A stretch of 64,000 nt of DNA from Prevotellaceae bacterium. GTDB taxonomy: Bacteria; Bacteroidota; Bacteroidia; Bacteroidales; UBA932. Shown one piece after another: positions 1 through 9,422 of this stretch. The notes under the pieces were generated by a model, which saw only the letters and a list, made by a program, of their open reading frames with translations, made no database searches and had not been told where the DNA came from. The stretch spans positions 1,748-65,747 of the forward strand of contig JAISLK010000010.1 in NCBI GenBank assembly GCA_031290935.1, written 5' to 3'. Position 1 is the stretch's first letter. Each line of letters starts with the position of its first letter. The translations under genes were made by a program, and so were the position numbers.

Positions 1-619
1 CGTGATACTGGATAACCGTTTTCGGGTGACGGTCTTTAACCGCCTTCACTATTTTCCCGAGGAACGCCGGGCGGCCGATGCCGGCCATGTCTTTCAGGCA
101 AATCTCGTCGGCGCCGAAGTCCACCAGCCGGTCGGCCAGGGTCACGTAGTAATCTTCCGTAAAGACCTGCCCGTAGGTAATGCTCATCGCGGCCTGGGCG
201 GTCATCCCCGCGGCCTTCGCGTATTCAATCGAAGGGCGCAGGTTGCGCGGGTCGTTGAGGCCGCAGAAGGAGCGCGCGATATCCGTCCCCTGCGCCTTCT
301 TGACCTTGAACATCAGGCGCCGCACGTCGGCGGGCACGGGGTTCATGCGCAGCGCATTCAGCGCGCGCTCGAGCATGTGCGTCCGGATGCCGGCCTTCTT
401 GAACGGCGCCGTCCATGCGCGCACCGCCGCGTTCGGGTTTTCGCCGAACAGCAGGTTCACCTGCTCGAAGGCCCCGCCGTTGGTTTCCACACGGGCAAAG
501 CACCCCATATCGATAATCACCGGCGCGATTTGCTGCAGCTGGTCTGCGCGCGGCACGTATTTGCCCGACGACTGCCACATGTCGCGGTAAAGTAAACTGA
601 ATTTAATCTCTCTTGCCAT
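1..619 (-). CDS. Carboxyltransferase subunit, HMGL-like domain (oxaloacetate decarboxylase alpha / pyruvate carboxylase B / transcarboxylase 5S type). Only the 5' part is present; the gene runs off the window start
   Basis: Missing from the ORF track because no stop lies in the window. Reverse translation from CAT at 617-619 gives MAREIKFSLLYRDMWQSSGKY...VETNGGAFEQVNLLFGENPN...ICLKDMAGIGRP. The + strand ORFs 2..595 and 180..590 are Arg/Ala-rich shadow frames. Confidence 0.6.
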   Translation of the reverse strand, partial: MAREIKFSLLYRDMWQSSGKYVPRADQLQQIAPVIIDMGCFARVETNGGAFEQVNLLFGENPNAAVRAWTAPFKKAGIRTHMLERALNALRMNPVPADVRRLMFKVKKAQGTDIARSFCGLNDPRNLRPSIEYAKAAGMTAQAAMSITYGQVFTEDYYVTLADRLVDFGADEICLKDMAGIGRPAFLGKIVKAVKDRHPKTVIQYH

Positions 620-773
620 ATATTTTACTGTTTAATGATTTAAAAATTCCAAGACCTGTCGCTTTTGGCCTGCAAAGATACAAAATAAATCCGCAATAAA
701 AGTACGCCGGAAGCAAACAAAACCGATTTTTTTCTTAACCTTGTGCCCGACGAACGCGATGAAAAACGGATAT

Positions 774-856
774 GGAGCTCCATAAATGAAATATGGAGCT
801 CAATAAATGAAATATTGAGCTCAATAAATGAAATATTGAGCTCAATAAATGAAATT
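774..856. repeat. Tandem repeat, about 4 copies of a 21-22 bp unit GAGCTCAATAAATGAAATATT
   Basis: Read directly. Lies in the divergent intergenic region between the carboxyltransferase gene and parA. ORF 735..974 is repeat-encoded. Confidence 0.9.
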
Positions 857-1052
857 GGTCAATGACAAAACGAACCGGATATAGACACATTTTAATTACA
901 ACGACATGGCACACTGTCCCGGCTGGATGCCCCGGAACCACTACGCGCCGCATCAGCAGGCGACCCTCACCCAACGCTACCTGAACGACCCGGACAACCG
1001 TATCCGCCCGGGACTGGCGCCCGGGACGGCGACCGGTACGTCCTCTCCGAAG

Positions 1053-1155
1053 AGTTGAAAGTGGAAAGTTGAAAGTTGAAAGTGGAAAATTAATTGAAAG
1101 TTGAAAATTAGCCGGCGCCAGCTAACTTTCAACTTTCAACTTTCCACTTTCAACT
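1053..1155. repeat. Perfect 31-bp inverted repeat built from GTTGAAAG words, with a 41-nt spacer
   Basis: Arm 1053-1083 is the exact reverse complement of arm 1125-1155. The spacer contains GCCGGCGCCAGC (1111-1122). Confidence 0.95.
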
Positions 1156-1179
1156 TGCATTTATCCCAATTATTTTTCT

Positions 1180-1187
1180 TACTTTTG
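1180..1187 (+). promoter_or_regulatory. Bacteroidota -7 promoter box TActTTTG for parA
   Basis: Matches TAnnTTTG, 29 nt upstream of the parA ATG. Confidence 0.5.
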
Positions 1188-1215
1188 CAAATCATACTGC
1201 ATATACATTTGAATT

Positions 1216-2001
1216 ATGGGCAAAATAATAGCCATCGCAAACCAGAAAGGCGGAGTAGGCAAGACCACCACCGCCATCAACCTCGCCGCCGGCCTCGCCG
1301 TCCTCGAAAAAAGAGTCCTCCTCATTGACGCCGACCCGCAGGCCAACGCCACCTCCGGCTTTGGCTTCGATACCCGCACCATCGCCGGAGATACCATATA
1401 CGAATGCCTCATCGGCTCCTCCGAAGCCGCCGGCGCCCTGCTCGAAACGGAAATCAGAGGCCTCCACCTCATCCCCTCGCACATCGACCTCGTAGGCGCC
1501 GAAATAGAAATGCTGCAACTCCCCCACCGCGAAAACGTCCTGAAAAACGTACTCCGGAAAATCACCGGCCGGTACGACTACATCCTCATCGACTGCTCCC
1601 CCTCCCTCGGCCTCATCACCGTCAACGCCCTCACCGCCGCCGACTCCGTGATTATCCCCGTACAGTGCGAATTCTTTGCCCTGGAAGGCCTCGGCAAACT
1701 CCTGAACACCGTAAAAATAGTGCAGACCCGCCTCAACCCCGACCTGGCCATCGAAGGCTTCCTCCTCACCATGTACGACGCCCGCCTGCGCCTCGCCAAC
1801 CAGGTCGTAGAAGAAGTCCGCCGGCACTTCCCCAACATGGTCTTCCAGACCGTCATCCAGCGCAATGTGAAACTCAGCGAATCCCCCTCCTTCGGGAAAC
1901 CCGTCATCCTCTACGACGCCGCCTCCATCGGCGCCAACAACTACCTCAACCTCTCCAAAGAAATCCTTACCAAAAACGAAGACACTAACCGTCCGAAATA
2001 A
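1216..2001 (+). CDS. parA: Chromosome partitioning ATPase ParA/Soj
   Basis: Deviant Walker A KGGVGKTTTAINLA followed by LLIDADPQANAT. 261 aa, directly followed by parB. Confidence 0.95.
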   Translation: MGKIIAIANQKGGVGKTTTAINLAAGLAVLEKRVLLIDADPQANATSGFGFDTRTIAGDTIYECLIGSSEAAGALLETEIRGLHLIPSHIDLVGAEIEMLQLPHRENVLKNVLRKITGRYDYILIDCSPSLGLITVNALTAADSVIIPVQCEFFALEGLGKLLNTVKIVQTRLNPDLAIEGFLLTMYDARLRLANQVVEEVRRHFPNMVFQTVIQRNVKLSESPSFGKPVILYDAASIGANNYLNLSKEILTKNEDTNRPK

Positions 2002-2025
2002 CCCCCGGACAAACACCCATCGGAC

Positions 2026-2937
2026 ATGGCAAAAAACCAAAGACCGGCATTAGGAAAAGGCATCGGCGCACTGCTGGAAGACTCCGCCGCCGCCGTTACC
2101 CCGCGCGAACCGCGCACACCCCCCGCCGCCCCGGCATTTCACAACGGCCCGGAAATAGCAGTGGACGCCATTGAACCCAACCCCCACCAGCCACGCAAAC
2201 ACTTCGACGACGAAGCCCTCCGGGAACTGTCGGAATCAATAAAAAACCTGGGCCTCATCCAGCCCGTCACCGTACGCGAAACCAAAAACGGAAAATACCA
2301 AATCATCAGCGGCGAACGGCGATACCGCGCCGCCCGCATGGCCGGCCTCGAAACCATCCCCGTATTCATCCGCTCCGGCGACGAAGAAGAAAAAAACACC
2401 CTGATATGCGCCCTGGTAGAAAACATTCAGCGCGAAGACCTCAACCCCCTCGAAATCGCCGTAACCTACCAGCGCCTCCTCGACGAAGGCCGCCTCACCC
2501 AGGAAACACTGAGCGAACGCGTCGGGAAAAAACGCTCGACGGTAGCCAACTACCTGCGCCTGCTCCAGCAGCCGGCAGAAGTCCAGGCCGCCGTTCGCGC
2601 AAATACCATCACCATGGGACACGCCCGCGCCATCGCCGGCCTCCGGGAAAGCAAAGACCAGATCAAAGCCGTCCGCAAAACCATAGACGAAGGCCTGTCC
2701 GTACGCCAGGTAGAAAACCTGGTGAAGAAACTCACACAGCCGGAAACAGCAAACACCCCCCAGACCCCCCCCCCGCCGCCCGAAACAGACAGCGCAATAA
2801 AAGAAGCCATGCAACGCTGCTTCAATCTCCACGTCACCATCAAACACAGCGACGCCGGCCCCAGCATCACCATCCCCTTCAAAAACGGAGAAGAAATGGA
2901 TGCGTTCTTAATTAAACTAAACAATTTAAACGCTTGA
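2026..2937 (+). CDS. parB: Chromosome partitioning protein ParB/Spo0J
   Basis: ParB box ISGERRYRAARMAGL and HTH region. 303 aa. Confidence 0.95.
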   Translation: MAKNQRPALGKGIGALLEDSAAAVTPREPRTPPAAPAFHNGPEIAVDAIEPNPHQPRKHFDDEALRELSESIKNLGLIQPVTVRETKNGKYQIISGERRYRAARMAGLETIPVFIRSGDEEEKNTLICALVENIQREDLNPLEIAVTYQRLLDEGRLTQETLSERVGKKRSTVANYLRLLQQPAEVQAAVRANTITMGHARAIAGLRESKDQIKAVRKTIDEGLSVRQVENLVKKLTQPETANTPQTPPPPPETDSAIKEAMQRCFNLHVTIKHSDAGPSITIPFKNGEEMDAFLIKLNNLNA

Positions 2938-3788
2938 ACCCGAGAAAAACCTTCCTCCTGCTGCTCCTCCTGGCCGGTCCCGGCCGGCCTGCCTTCACGC
3001 AGCCGAATGAACACCCCCCCCGCGAACCCGGTAAAAACTACTGGCACGGCCTTACCGGCAAAGATTCATTAACAATAACCAAAGTCTGGACCGCCTCGCT
3101 GCTCCTGCCCGGCTACGCACAAGCCTATAACCGCGACTACTGGAAAATCCCGGCCATATGGGGCGCCATGGGCGGCTTCATAGGCGCCGGCATCCACAGC
3201 CATAACCTGTACAAAAAAACCGGAGAAACACATTTCCGCCGGCAAAGCACCTGGCTCTACCTGGGCGCCGCCGCCGTTTACTGGAGCAGCCTGCTCGATG
3301 GCGCCGCATCCTATAAAACCGCCAAAGAAGTACTCCCGGCACGCGCAGCCCTCTACTCCACCATGCTGCCGGGCCTCGGACAAATTTATAACGGCGACTA
3401 CTGGAAACTCCCCATCATCTACGGCGGCCTGGCTTTCACCGGCTATTTAATCGACTTCAACAACAGACAATACAACCGCTTCCGCGAAGCATACGAAATC
3501 CTCAATGACGGCGACCCGGATACGGTAGACGAATTTAACGGCCGGCACACGGAAGCCAACCTCAAATATTACCGCGACAGCTACCGCCGCAGCCGCGACT
3601 ACGCCGTCCTCTTCACCGTCCTGGTGTACGTACTGAACATCGTCGACGCAAACGTCTTTGCCCACCTGAAAGACTTTGACGTAAGCGACAACCTCTCCAT
3701 GCGTATCAACCCGGCACTGCTAAACGCCGACGCCGCTGCCTCCGGCAGGCAACCGGCGATAGGCATGCAACTCCAATTCACATTTTAA
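2934..3788 (+). CDS. DUF5683-family membrane protein
   Basis: Duplicated LPG(Y/L)(A/G)Q.YN.DYWK.P motif. The TTG start overlaps the parB stop. This position after parB is conserved in Bacteroidota. Confidence 0.7.
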   Translation: MNPRKTFLLLLLLAGPGRPAFTQPNEHPPREPGKNYWHGLTGKDSLTITKVWTASLLLPGYAQAYNRDYWKIPAIWGAMGGFIGAGIHSHNLYKKTGETHFRRQSTWLYLGAAAVYWSSLLDGAASYKTAKEVLPARAALYSTMLPGLGQIYNGDYWKLPIIYGGLAFTGYLIDFNNRQYNRFREAYEILNDGDPDTVDEFNGRHTEANLKYYRDSYRRSRDYAVLFTVLVYVLNIVDANVFAHLKDFDVSDNLSMRINPALLNADAAASGRQPAIGMQLQFTF

Positions 3789-3803
3789 ACATTTTAAACA
3801 TTT

Positions 3804-5327
3804 ATGGATATGAAAAAAATACTTCTCCTTTTTCTTTTTTTCTTTTCCCTGGCCGCCGCCCGCGCACAGCCGCCTGTCCTAAAAACAGCAGACGACACCG
3901 TCGTGAACCTGGAAAGCATGGCAACGCCCAACGAAGAAGAAATCCTGGACTCTACAATAAACAAAAACCTGGACAGCCTGCTCTCAATATGGTACCTGCA
4001 ACGCGCATTGCGGGATTCCTCGGAAATACTCATTGATATTGAAGAAGACCGGAGCCAGGCCGATTTGCCGGACTCCGTATATATCGAACGGCTTAAACGC
4101 ATGCCGACATTTATTGATTTGCCCTATAACGACGTAGTGCGCCGCTGTATCATTGCCTATACGCAAAAAGACCCCGAGAAATCGGAAATGATTTTAGGCC
4201 TGGCGCAGTATTACCTCCCGATAATCGAAGAAATCCTGGACATGTATGAACTGCCGCTGGAACTGCGGGCGATGGCGATTATCGAATCGGCGCTGAACCC
4301 CCGCGCCGTTTCACGCGCCAAAGCAAAAGGAATGTGGCAATTTATCTACCCTACGGCATTGCGGTATAATCTTAAAATAAATTCGTTCGTTGATGAACGC
4401 CTGGACCCCGTGGCAGCCACGCATGCCGCTGCAAAGTACCTGAAAGATTTGTACAATATTTTCGGCGACTGGCCGCTGGCTATTGCCGCCTACAATTGCG
4501 GCGACGGTAATGTCCGCAAAGCTATCCGGCGCTCTGGCGGCAAAAGCGATTACTGGGACATCTATCCCTACCTGCCGCGCGAAACACGCAGCTATGTGCC
4601 CCTGTTTGTGGGCGCCGGCTATTTGCTGGAATATTACAAAGAACATCGCCTCCGCCCGAAGCAGGTAAGCATGCCCGCGCAGGTGGACACGTTTATCATA
4701 AATAAAATGCTGCATTTCGAGCAAATATCGGAAGTTACCGGCATTTCCATAGACGAACTGCGCGACTTTAATCCGCAATACCTGCATGACATTATACCGG
4801 GCACTTCCGCACCTTATGTGCTGCGCATCCCGTTTGAATATACAGGTTTATTTGCCGAAAAAGAAAAAGAAATCTATGCCTATAAAGACAGCGTATACTT
4901 TAACCCGAATATCATCAAACAAATTGCACAGCGGGGAAGCGCAACAACCGTTGGCGGGCGCACTATCCACCGGGTAAGGAAAGGGGAAACGCTTGGCGCT
5001 ATCGCCTTAAAATACGGCGTGAAAATTTCGGATTTGCAATACTGGAACAACATCGGCAAGAACGCGCGCATCAATGCCGGGCAAAAATTAGTAGTGAATG
5101 CCCGCGCTAAAAAAACAACCACGGCTTCCGCTTCCGCTTCCGCCAAACCCGCGCAAATCCCCGCTAACGGAAAAGCCCTGGTGCATACGGTAAAGAAAGG
5201 GGAAAACCTGTGGAGCATCTCCCAATTATACGACGATGTAACTTTCTATGACATCATGCAATTAAACGGCCTTACGAAGAGCGCGAAAATTTATCCCGGC
5301 GATAGAATCATGATAAAAAAACTGTAA
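3804..5327 (+). CDS. Lytic murein transglycosylase (SLT domain) with two C-terminal LysM domains, MltD-like
   Basis: Signal peptide. SLT motif ESALNPRAVSRAKAKGMWQF...AAYNCG. LysM repeats HRVRKGETLGAIALKY and HTVKKGENLWSISQLY. Confidence 0.85.
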   Translation: MDMKKILLLFLFFFSLAAARAQPPVLKTADDTVVNLESMATPNEEEILDSTINKNLDSLLSIWYLQRALRDSSEILIDIEEDRSQADLPDSVYIERLKRMPTFIDLPYNDVVRRCIIAYTQKDPEKSEMILGLAQYYLPIIEEILDMYELPLELRAMAIIESALNPRAVSRAKAKGMWQFIYPTALRYNLKINSFVDERLDPVAATHAAAKYLKDLYNIFGDWPLAIAAYNCGDGNVRKAIRRSGGKSDYWDIYPYLPRETRSYVPLFVGAGYLLEYYKEHRLRPKQVSMPAQVDTFIINKMLHFEQISEVTGISIDELRDFNPQYLHDIIPGTSAPYVLRIPFEYTGLFAEKEKEIYAYKDSVYFNPNIIKQIAQRGSATTVGGRTIHRVRKGETLGAIALKYGVKISDLQYWNNIGKNARINAGQKLVVNARAKKTTTASASASAKPAQIPANGKALVHTVKKGENLWSISQLYDDVTFYDIMQLNGLTKSAKIYPGDRIMIKKL

Positions 5328-5340
5328 CAGCGTTTTTTTG

Positions 5341-7101
5341 TTAATAACCCTTAATGCTGTTTATTCTCTCTGTAATAGGAAAAGCAGGCCGCAGGAACTG
5401 CGCTGTTTCCGCCCTCCGCGAAGCGTGGGGATGTTCGCTGCAGATTTCCCAGCGGGATTTGGGGCGTTCGCTGCTGCGCCATTCGTAGCCTTTCAGTGTG
5501 GCTTTTTCCAGGGGCAGTTTGCCGAGCGGGTAAGTGTCACTCTTTACGGGTTGGGAATAATATTTGATGCGTTGTATTTTCCGTTGCTTTAATTCCACTT
5601 GCATGTGTACGCTTTCCGAGAGGTTGCCGTTGGTAACGAGGCTGTCTTCTTGAAGGTAGTACACGGTTTGCGCCCCGCCGAGAATATCGGCCAGATAAAT
5701 ATCATTATCCCTGAAATGGGCGATAATGTCGCGGCCTTTCACCTGGTTGTAAAAAGTATCCTGTTCGTGCATAATAATAAAAGCCGATTGCAGGAAGTCG
5801 GCGCGTAACAGCTCTTTTTGGTCGGTCAGGAAATGAATTTCGTTGGCGGAAATTTGTTGCTCTTCGTTCCACATGACCGGCCGGCCGAACATGCGCCCCA
5901 GCGAATCCAGCGACGAATAGGCAAACGAATCACAGGCCGCCTGCAGATTCGAGCGGAAGGTGCGGACAGTATGATAAGCAAAAATTTTGCGGATGGAACT
6001 GTCGGGCACAGGCGCAGCCGGCGCAGCCGTATCAGCCGCTGCCGGCGCCGGCAGCGGCGTATCAATAAGCGTGGTGTCAACGGCTGCCTGCGCCAGCGTA
6101 TCGGCGGCAGGCAGGGCAGGGGAGGGCGTTGTATCTTTTGCCGCGTACGCCGGATTTAATTCCGTAACAAAATGCAGCGTATCGGCGCGTATAAATGCCG
6201 TATCGGGCTGGTTATTTTCCAGTGTATAGTAAGCCATCGACGGTTGCCGGCTAACGATAACCGTTTCGGGTATTTCGGTAAAATACGCTTTATTGCCGAA
6301 AACAATTAACGACTGTGTGGTGTCGTGCATCTGCACATGCCCGTACAGGTCGCCCTGGCGGGACAAACGGTCGTAGAAGATGCTGTCTGCCCAAATTTCC
6401 TGTTTGTCCGATTGCAGGTACGCATTTTCTGAAAAATGGAAATAATCGCGGGGCTTGTCATACCAGCCGTAGTGGCACGACAGGAAGCCGTCTTTATGCC
6501 AGATAGAAGTGGCGCCGGTAAACGTGACGAGGTCTGTTTCCGTATTGTAATTGCCCGACTCGCAAAGGATATCGTAGGTTTCATTGCGAATGGACACCGA
6601 GTCGGCGAAGGTAAACAGTTTTTCGTTCGAATAATAATACCCTTCGACGCTTTCCATCAAGTTATCTTTATTGTCAATGGTCCCGCCGTTGAAGAAATGC
6701 CCGATATTTTGCTTGGTGTCAAAATCCAGGTGCTGCGTGCGCAGGGTGGCGGTGTTGTCTGTCAAGCGCACCAGGCTGCCGCGCACTTTTGCCATATTGG
6801 TAGCGCCGTCGTAGTGCAGCTGGCCGCCATACAGCGTAGTGTTGTCTTTGACGATAACCACGCGGCTGTATGCTTCAAATTCCGACGACGAGAAAATATA
6901 CGCGCTGTCGCAAGACATCATGGCGCCGTTGTGCATGAGTTGTACATGGCCGACAAGCCGGTTAATGGTTTTACCGTTGTAGGGCATGCTCCGGATAGCG
7001 TCGGCATGAATCATCTCTACCACTTTCCGGTTGTCTGCCGCCGGTTGCGCCAGCAGGGGAAAGGCGTTTAAAAGGAAATAAAAAATAAAAAGACGGCGCA
7101 T
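5341..7101 (-). CDS. OstA-like (LptA/LptD N-terminal type) repeat protein
   Basis: Start moved to MRRLFIFYFLL (CAT 7099-7101), which gives a signal peptide and removes the overlap with the upstream gene. Repeated beta-jellyroll-like segments and an Ala/Pro-rich linker. Confidence 0.5.
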   Translation of the reverse strand: MRRLFIFYFLLNAFPLLAQPAADNRKVVEMIHADAIRSMPYNGKTINRLVGHVQLMHNGAMMSCDSAYIFSSSEFEAYSRVVIVKDNTTLYGGQLHYDGATNMAKVRGSLVRLTDNTATLRTQHLDFDTKQNIGHFFNGGTIDNKDNLMESVEGYYYSNEKLFTFADSVSIRNETYDILCESGNYNTETDLVTFTGATSIWHKDGFLSCHYGWYDKPRDYFHFSENAYLQSDKQEIWADSIFYDRLSRQGDLYGHVQMHDTTQSLIVFGNKAYFTEIPETVIVSRQPSMAYYTLENNQPDTAFIRADTLHFVTELNPAYAAKDTTPSPALPAADTLAQAAVDTTLIDTPLPAPAAADTAAPAAPVPDSSIRKIFAYHTVRTFRSNLQAACDSFAYSSLDSLGRMFGRPVMWNEEQQISANEIHFLTDQKELLRADFLQSAFIIMHEQDTFYNQVKGRDIIAHFRDNDIYLADILGGAQTVYYLQEDSLVTNGNLSESVHMQVELKQRKIQRIKYYSQPVKSDTYPLGKLPLEKATLKGYEWRSSERPKSRWEICSEHPHASRRAETAQFLRPAFPITERINSIKGY

Positions 7102-7115
7102 TTTATTGGGATAAA

Positions 7116-8456
7116 TTATTTCCGCCATCCTTCCCGTTCAAATTTGCAATGGTCGAACATCGGGTCAATGCGGATAAGGGCTGCCGCCTGTTTTTGTTTT
7201 ATCCATTTGTCAAACACTGTTTGCTGGCGGCGCTGTTTGGCTAATTGTTGGATGATGGAATAATCGTCTTCCAGGTTGGCGGTGTGGGAAGGTATCAGCC
7301 GTTCCAGGCGGATAATCTTGTATTGCGTGTTTCCCATCCTGTCCTGCGATTCATAAGGAATAGATATGTCGCCTTCCTTCATATTCCGCAACACGCCAAA
7401 GTCTGCCGGGCTGAGCTGGTCTTTCTCAAAGTGAGACGACAGGTTTTCTTCGTTCACCATCAACCCGCCGCTGGTATTGGTTTTGGAATCTTCCGAAAGC
7501 CTTAATGCCGCCTGCTCGAAGCTCAGTTCGCCCGAACGTATGACAGCGGCGATGCTGTCTAATTTCCGGAAAGCAATCGCGCGGTCATCCGTAGTGTATT
7601 GCGGTTTGAGCAGTATGTGCCGGCAATTGAACATGTCATTGCCCTGTTTTTCGATGAGCTGGATAATATGGAAACCAAATTCCGTTTCCACAATAGGGGA
7701 TACCTGCCCGGGCTTAAGCGTCAGCGCGGCGTCGGCAAAGGCGGGGGCTAATTCCTGTTTGTAGCGCAGTCCCAATTCGCCGCCCCGCAAGGCGCTGGCG
7801 GGGTCTTCCGAATAAAGGATGGCAAGCGTGCTGAATTTTTCGCCGTTGACAATACGTTCGCGCAGGTCGAGCAAACGTTTGCGCACGTCAAATTTTGCTT
7901 CGCTCGCCGGCGGATTAACGATGATTTGCCGCAGTACGTATTGTGTCGGGAGCACAGGCAAACTGTCTTTCGGTATTTGCCTGTAGGTTTTTCCCACTTC
8001 GGTGGGCGTTATCGGGGCGTCCTGCACAAGGGAAGCGTGCATCTTTCTTGTAAGGAGTTGTTCGCGGACAATGTCGCGCAAATCTTTTTTCAGTTGAAAC
8101 ATCGGTTTGTGGAATATTTCTTCCACCGCTTTTTCGCTTCCGGCACGCATGACCATTTGCCGCACCTGGTTTTCGATTTGCGCTTCCACCTCTTCGTCGG
8201 GCACATTCAGGCTGTCAAGGCGCGCCTGCACCAGTAACAGTTTTTGCAGCAATAAATCTTCCAGCACTTCGCAATGGATGTTCTTTTCGGAGGTAATGCC
8301 CAAAAACCGCTGCTGGCTTACCTGCGATTCTACATCGTATAACAAAATCATTTCGCGCCCTACTACGGCAACGACTTTATCAATTAACCCGTCTTGCGCG
8401 GATACATTGGGCGCCAGGGCGAGCAATAAACAAATCAGGGAAAAAAATGTACGCAT
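7116..8456 (-). CDS. SurA-like periplasmic peptidyl-prolyl isomerase (parvulin type)
   Basis: Signal peptide, SurA N-terminal-like region and parvulin motif FGFHIIQLIEKQG. 446 aa. Confidence 0.8.
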   Translation of the reverse strand: MRTFFSLICLLLALAPNVSAQDGLIDKVVAVVGREMILLYDVESQVSQQRFLGITSEKNIHCEVLEDLLLQKLLLVQARLDSLNVPDEEVEAQIENQVRQMVMRAGSEKAVEEIFHKPMFQLKKDLRDIVREQLLTRKMHASLVQDAPITPTEVGKTYRQIPKDSLPVLPTQYVLRQIIVNPPASEAKFDVRKRLLDLRERIVNGEKFSTLAILYSEDPASALRGGELGLRYKQELAPAFADAALTLKPGQVSPIVETEFGFHIIQLIEKQGNDMFNCRHILLKPQYTTDDRAIAFRKLDSIAAVIRSGELSFEQAALRLSEDSKTNTSGGLMVNEENLSSHFEKDQLSPADFGVLRNMKEGDISIPYESQDRMGNTQYKIIRLERLIPSHTANLEDDYSIIQQLAKQRRQQTVFDKWIKQKQAAALIRIDPMFDHCKFEREGWRK

Positions 8457-8464
8457 AATTTAGT

Positions 8465-9373
8465 TCAATTATTGATGTATAGTTTTAGCTTGTTGTGGTT
8501 GAGTGCATCGTTATAAATAGAGTTTTCGAGGTTTTTCAGCAGTTCCTGCCTCCGTTTATTCCGTATAATATTGCTGATGTTTTCCCGCTCGTAGTCCAGC
8601 GGCGCCTGTTCGCCGACAGCCATGGAGCCGTACAGGTAAACAAAGTAAGCATAGCCGTTGGCCCTGGCCTGTATATAGCCTTTCTTCCATTCGTCTTCGA
8701 TTTGCCCGGCGGTAAGCGGCAGTTCATTGGCCAATGTTTCGGCGTCCACCCATTGTTCATTGAAATTGGTGTACTTTTCGGCGACGGTGGAGCAGATGCG
8801 TTCCAGCGCCTCGCGGTTTTCCGGTGTGGACGAACGGTATATTTTTGCTATCTGCTTTACTTGCGGAATATCTTCCGACACTTTAATGAAAATAACTTGC
8901 GCAAGCGGTTTGGTCAATATAAAATTTTGGGCGGAGGCATGGTAAAACATTTCAATTTCCCGGTCGCTGACAATGGTATCAAGCCGTTGCTCCATATACA
9001 TTTTTTCGTAGTGGTAAATGAGCAGCGACATCCGGTAATCTTCCAATTCCATGGAAACGTTTTTCTGTTCTTTGCTCAGGTATTGTTCTGCCATTTGGGC
9101 GACCAGCTGTTTCCGCGCCCAGTTGGAGACGTATGTTTGCAATATCTGTAAACTGTCTTCGGGCGACAACCCGCTGGGGAAAATCATATCCACATCCGAT
9201 TTTAACAATACTTTCCCGTTCACTTCCGCTAATTTTTCACCCGCTCCATGGTTGGTAAAATAATGGCAGCCGACGGGCAGCAGGCAGCAAACAGGCAGCA
9301 GCCAACAGGCAATACGGCGAAGCAAGCCCCGCCTTATTAGAATATACATATTTCCTGTATTACGCATCTCCAC
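8465..9373 (-). CDS. SurA/PpiD-like periplasmic chaperone paralog (putative lipoprotein)
   Basis: Lipobox-like LLPVGC. Sits between surA-like and guaB. No clear parvulin catalytic motif. The start may be the internal M at 9349. Confidence 0.4.
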   Translation of the reverse strand: MEMRNTGNMYILIRRGLLRRIACWLLPVCCLLPVGCHYFTNHGAGEKLAEVNGKVLLKSDVDMIFPSGLSPEDSLQILQTYVSNWARKQLVAQMAEQYLSKEQKNVSMELEDYRMSLLIYHYEKMYMEQRLDTIVSDREIEMFYHASAQNFILTKPLAQVIFIKVSEDIPQVKQIAKIYRSSTPENREALERICSTVAEKYTNFNEQWVDAETLANELPLTAGQIEDEWKKGYIQARANGYAYFVYLYGSMAVGEQAPLDYERENISNIIRNKRRQELLKNLENSIYNDALNHNKLKLYINN

Positions 9374-9422
9374 TTTTTATACTAATTAATATAATACCGC
9401 CACTGCCTACTGCCACTAAAAA

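Noticed and set aside
2-595. The + strand ORFs 2..595 and 180..590 at the window start
   Set aside because: The minus strand encodes a clear carboxyltransferase N-terminus starting at 619. The + frames are Arg-rich shadows.
620-3000. Canonical parS site (TGTTTCACGTGAAACA) near parAB, or an oriC with DnaA boxes
   Set aside because: An eye scan found only half-sites (for example GTGAAAC inside parA) and one weak TTATCCCAA. This is not enough to call, and a matrix scan is needed.
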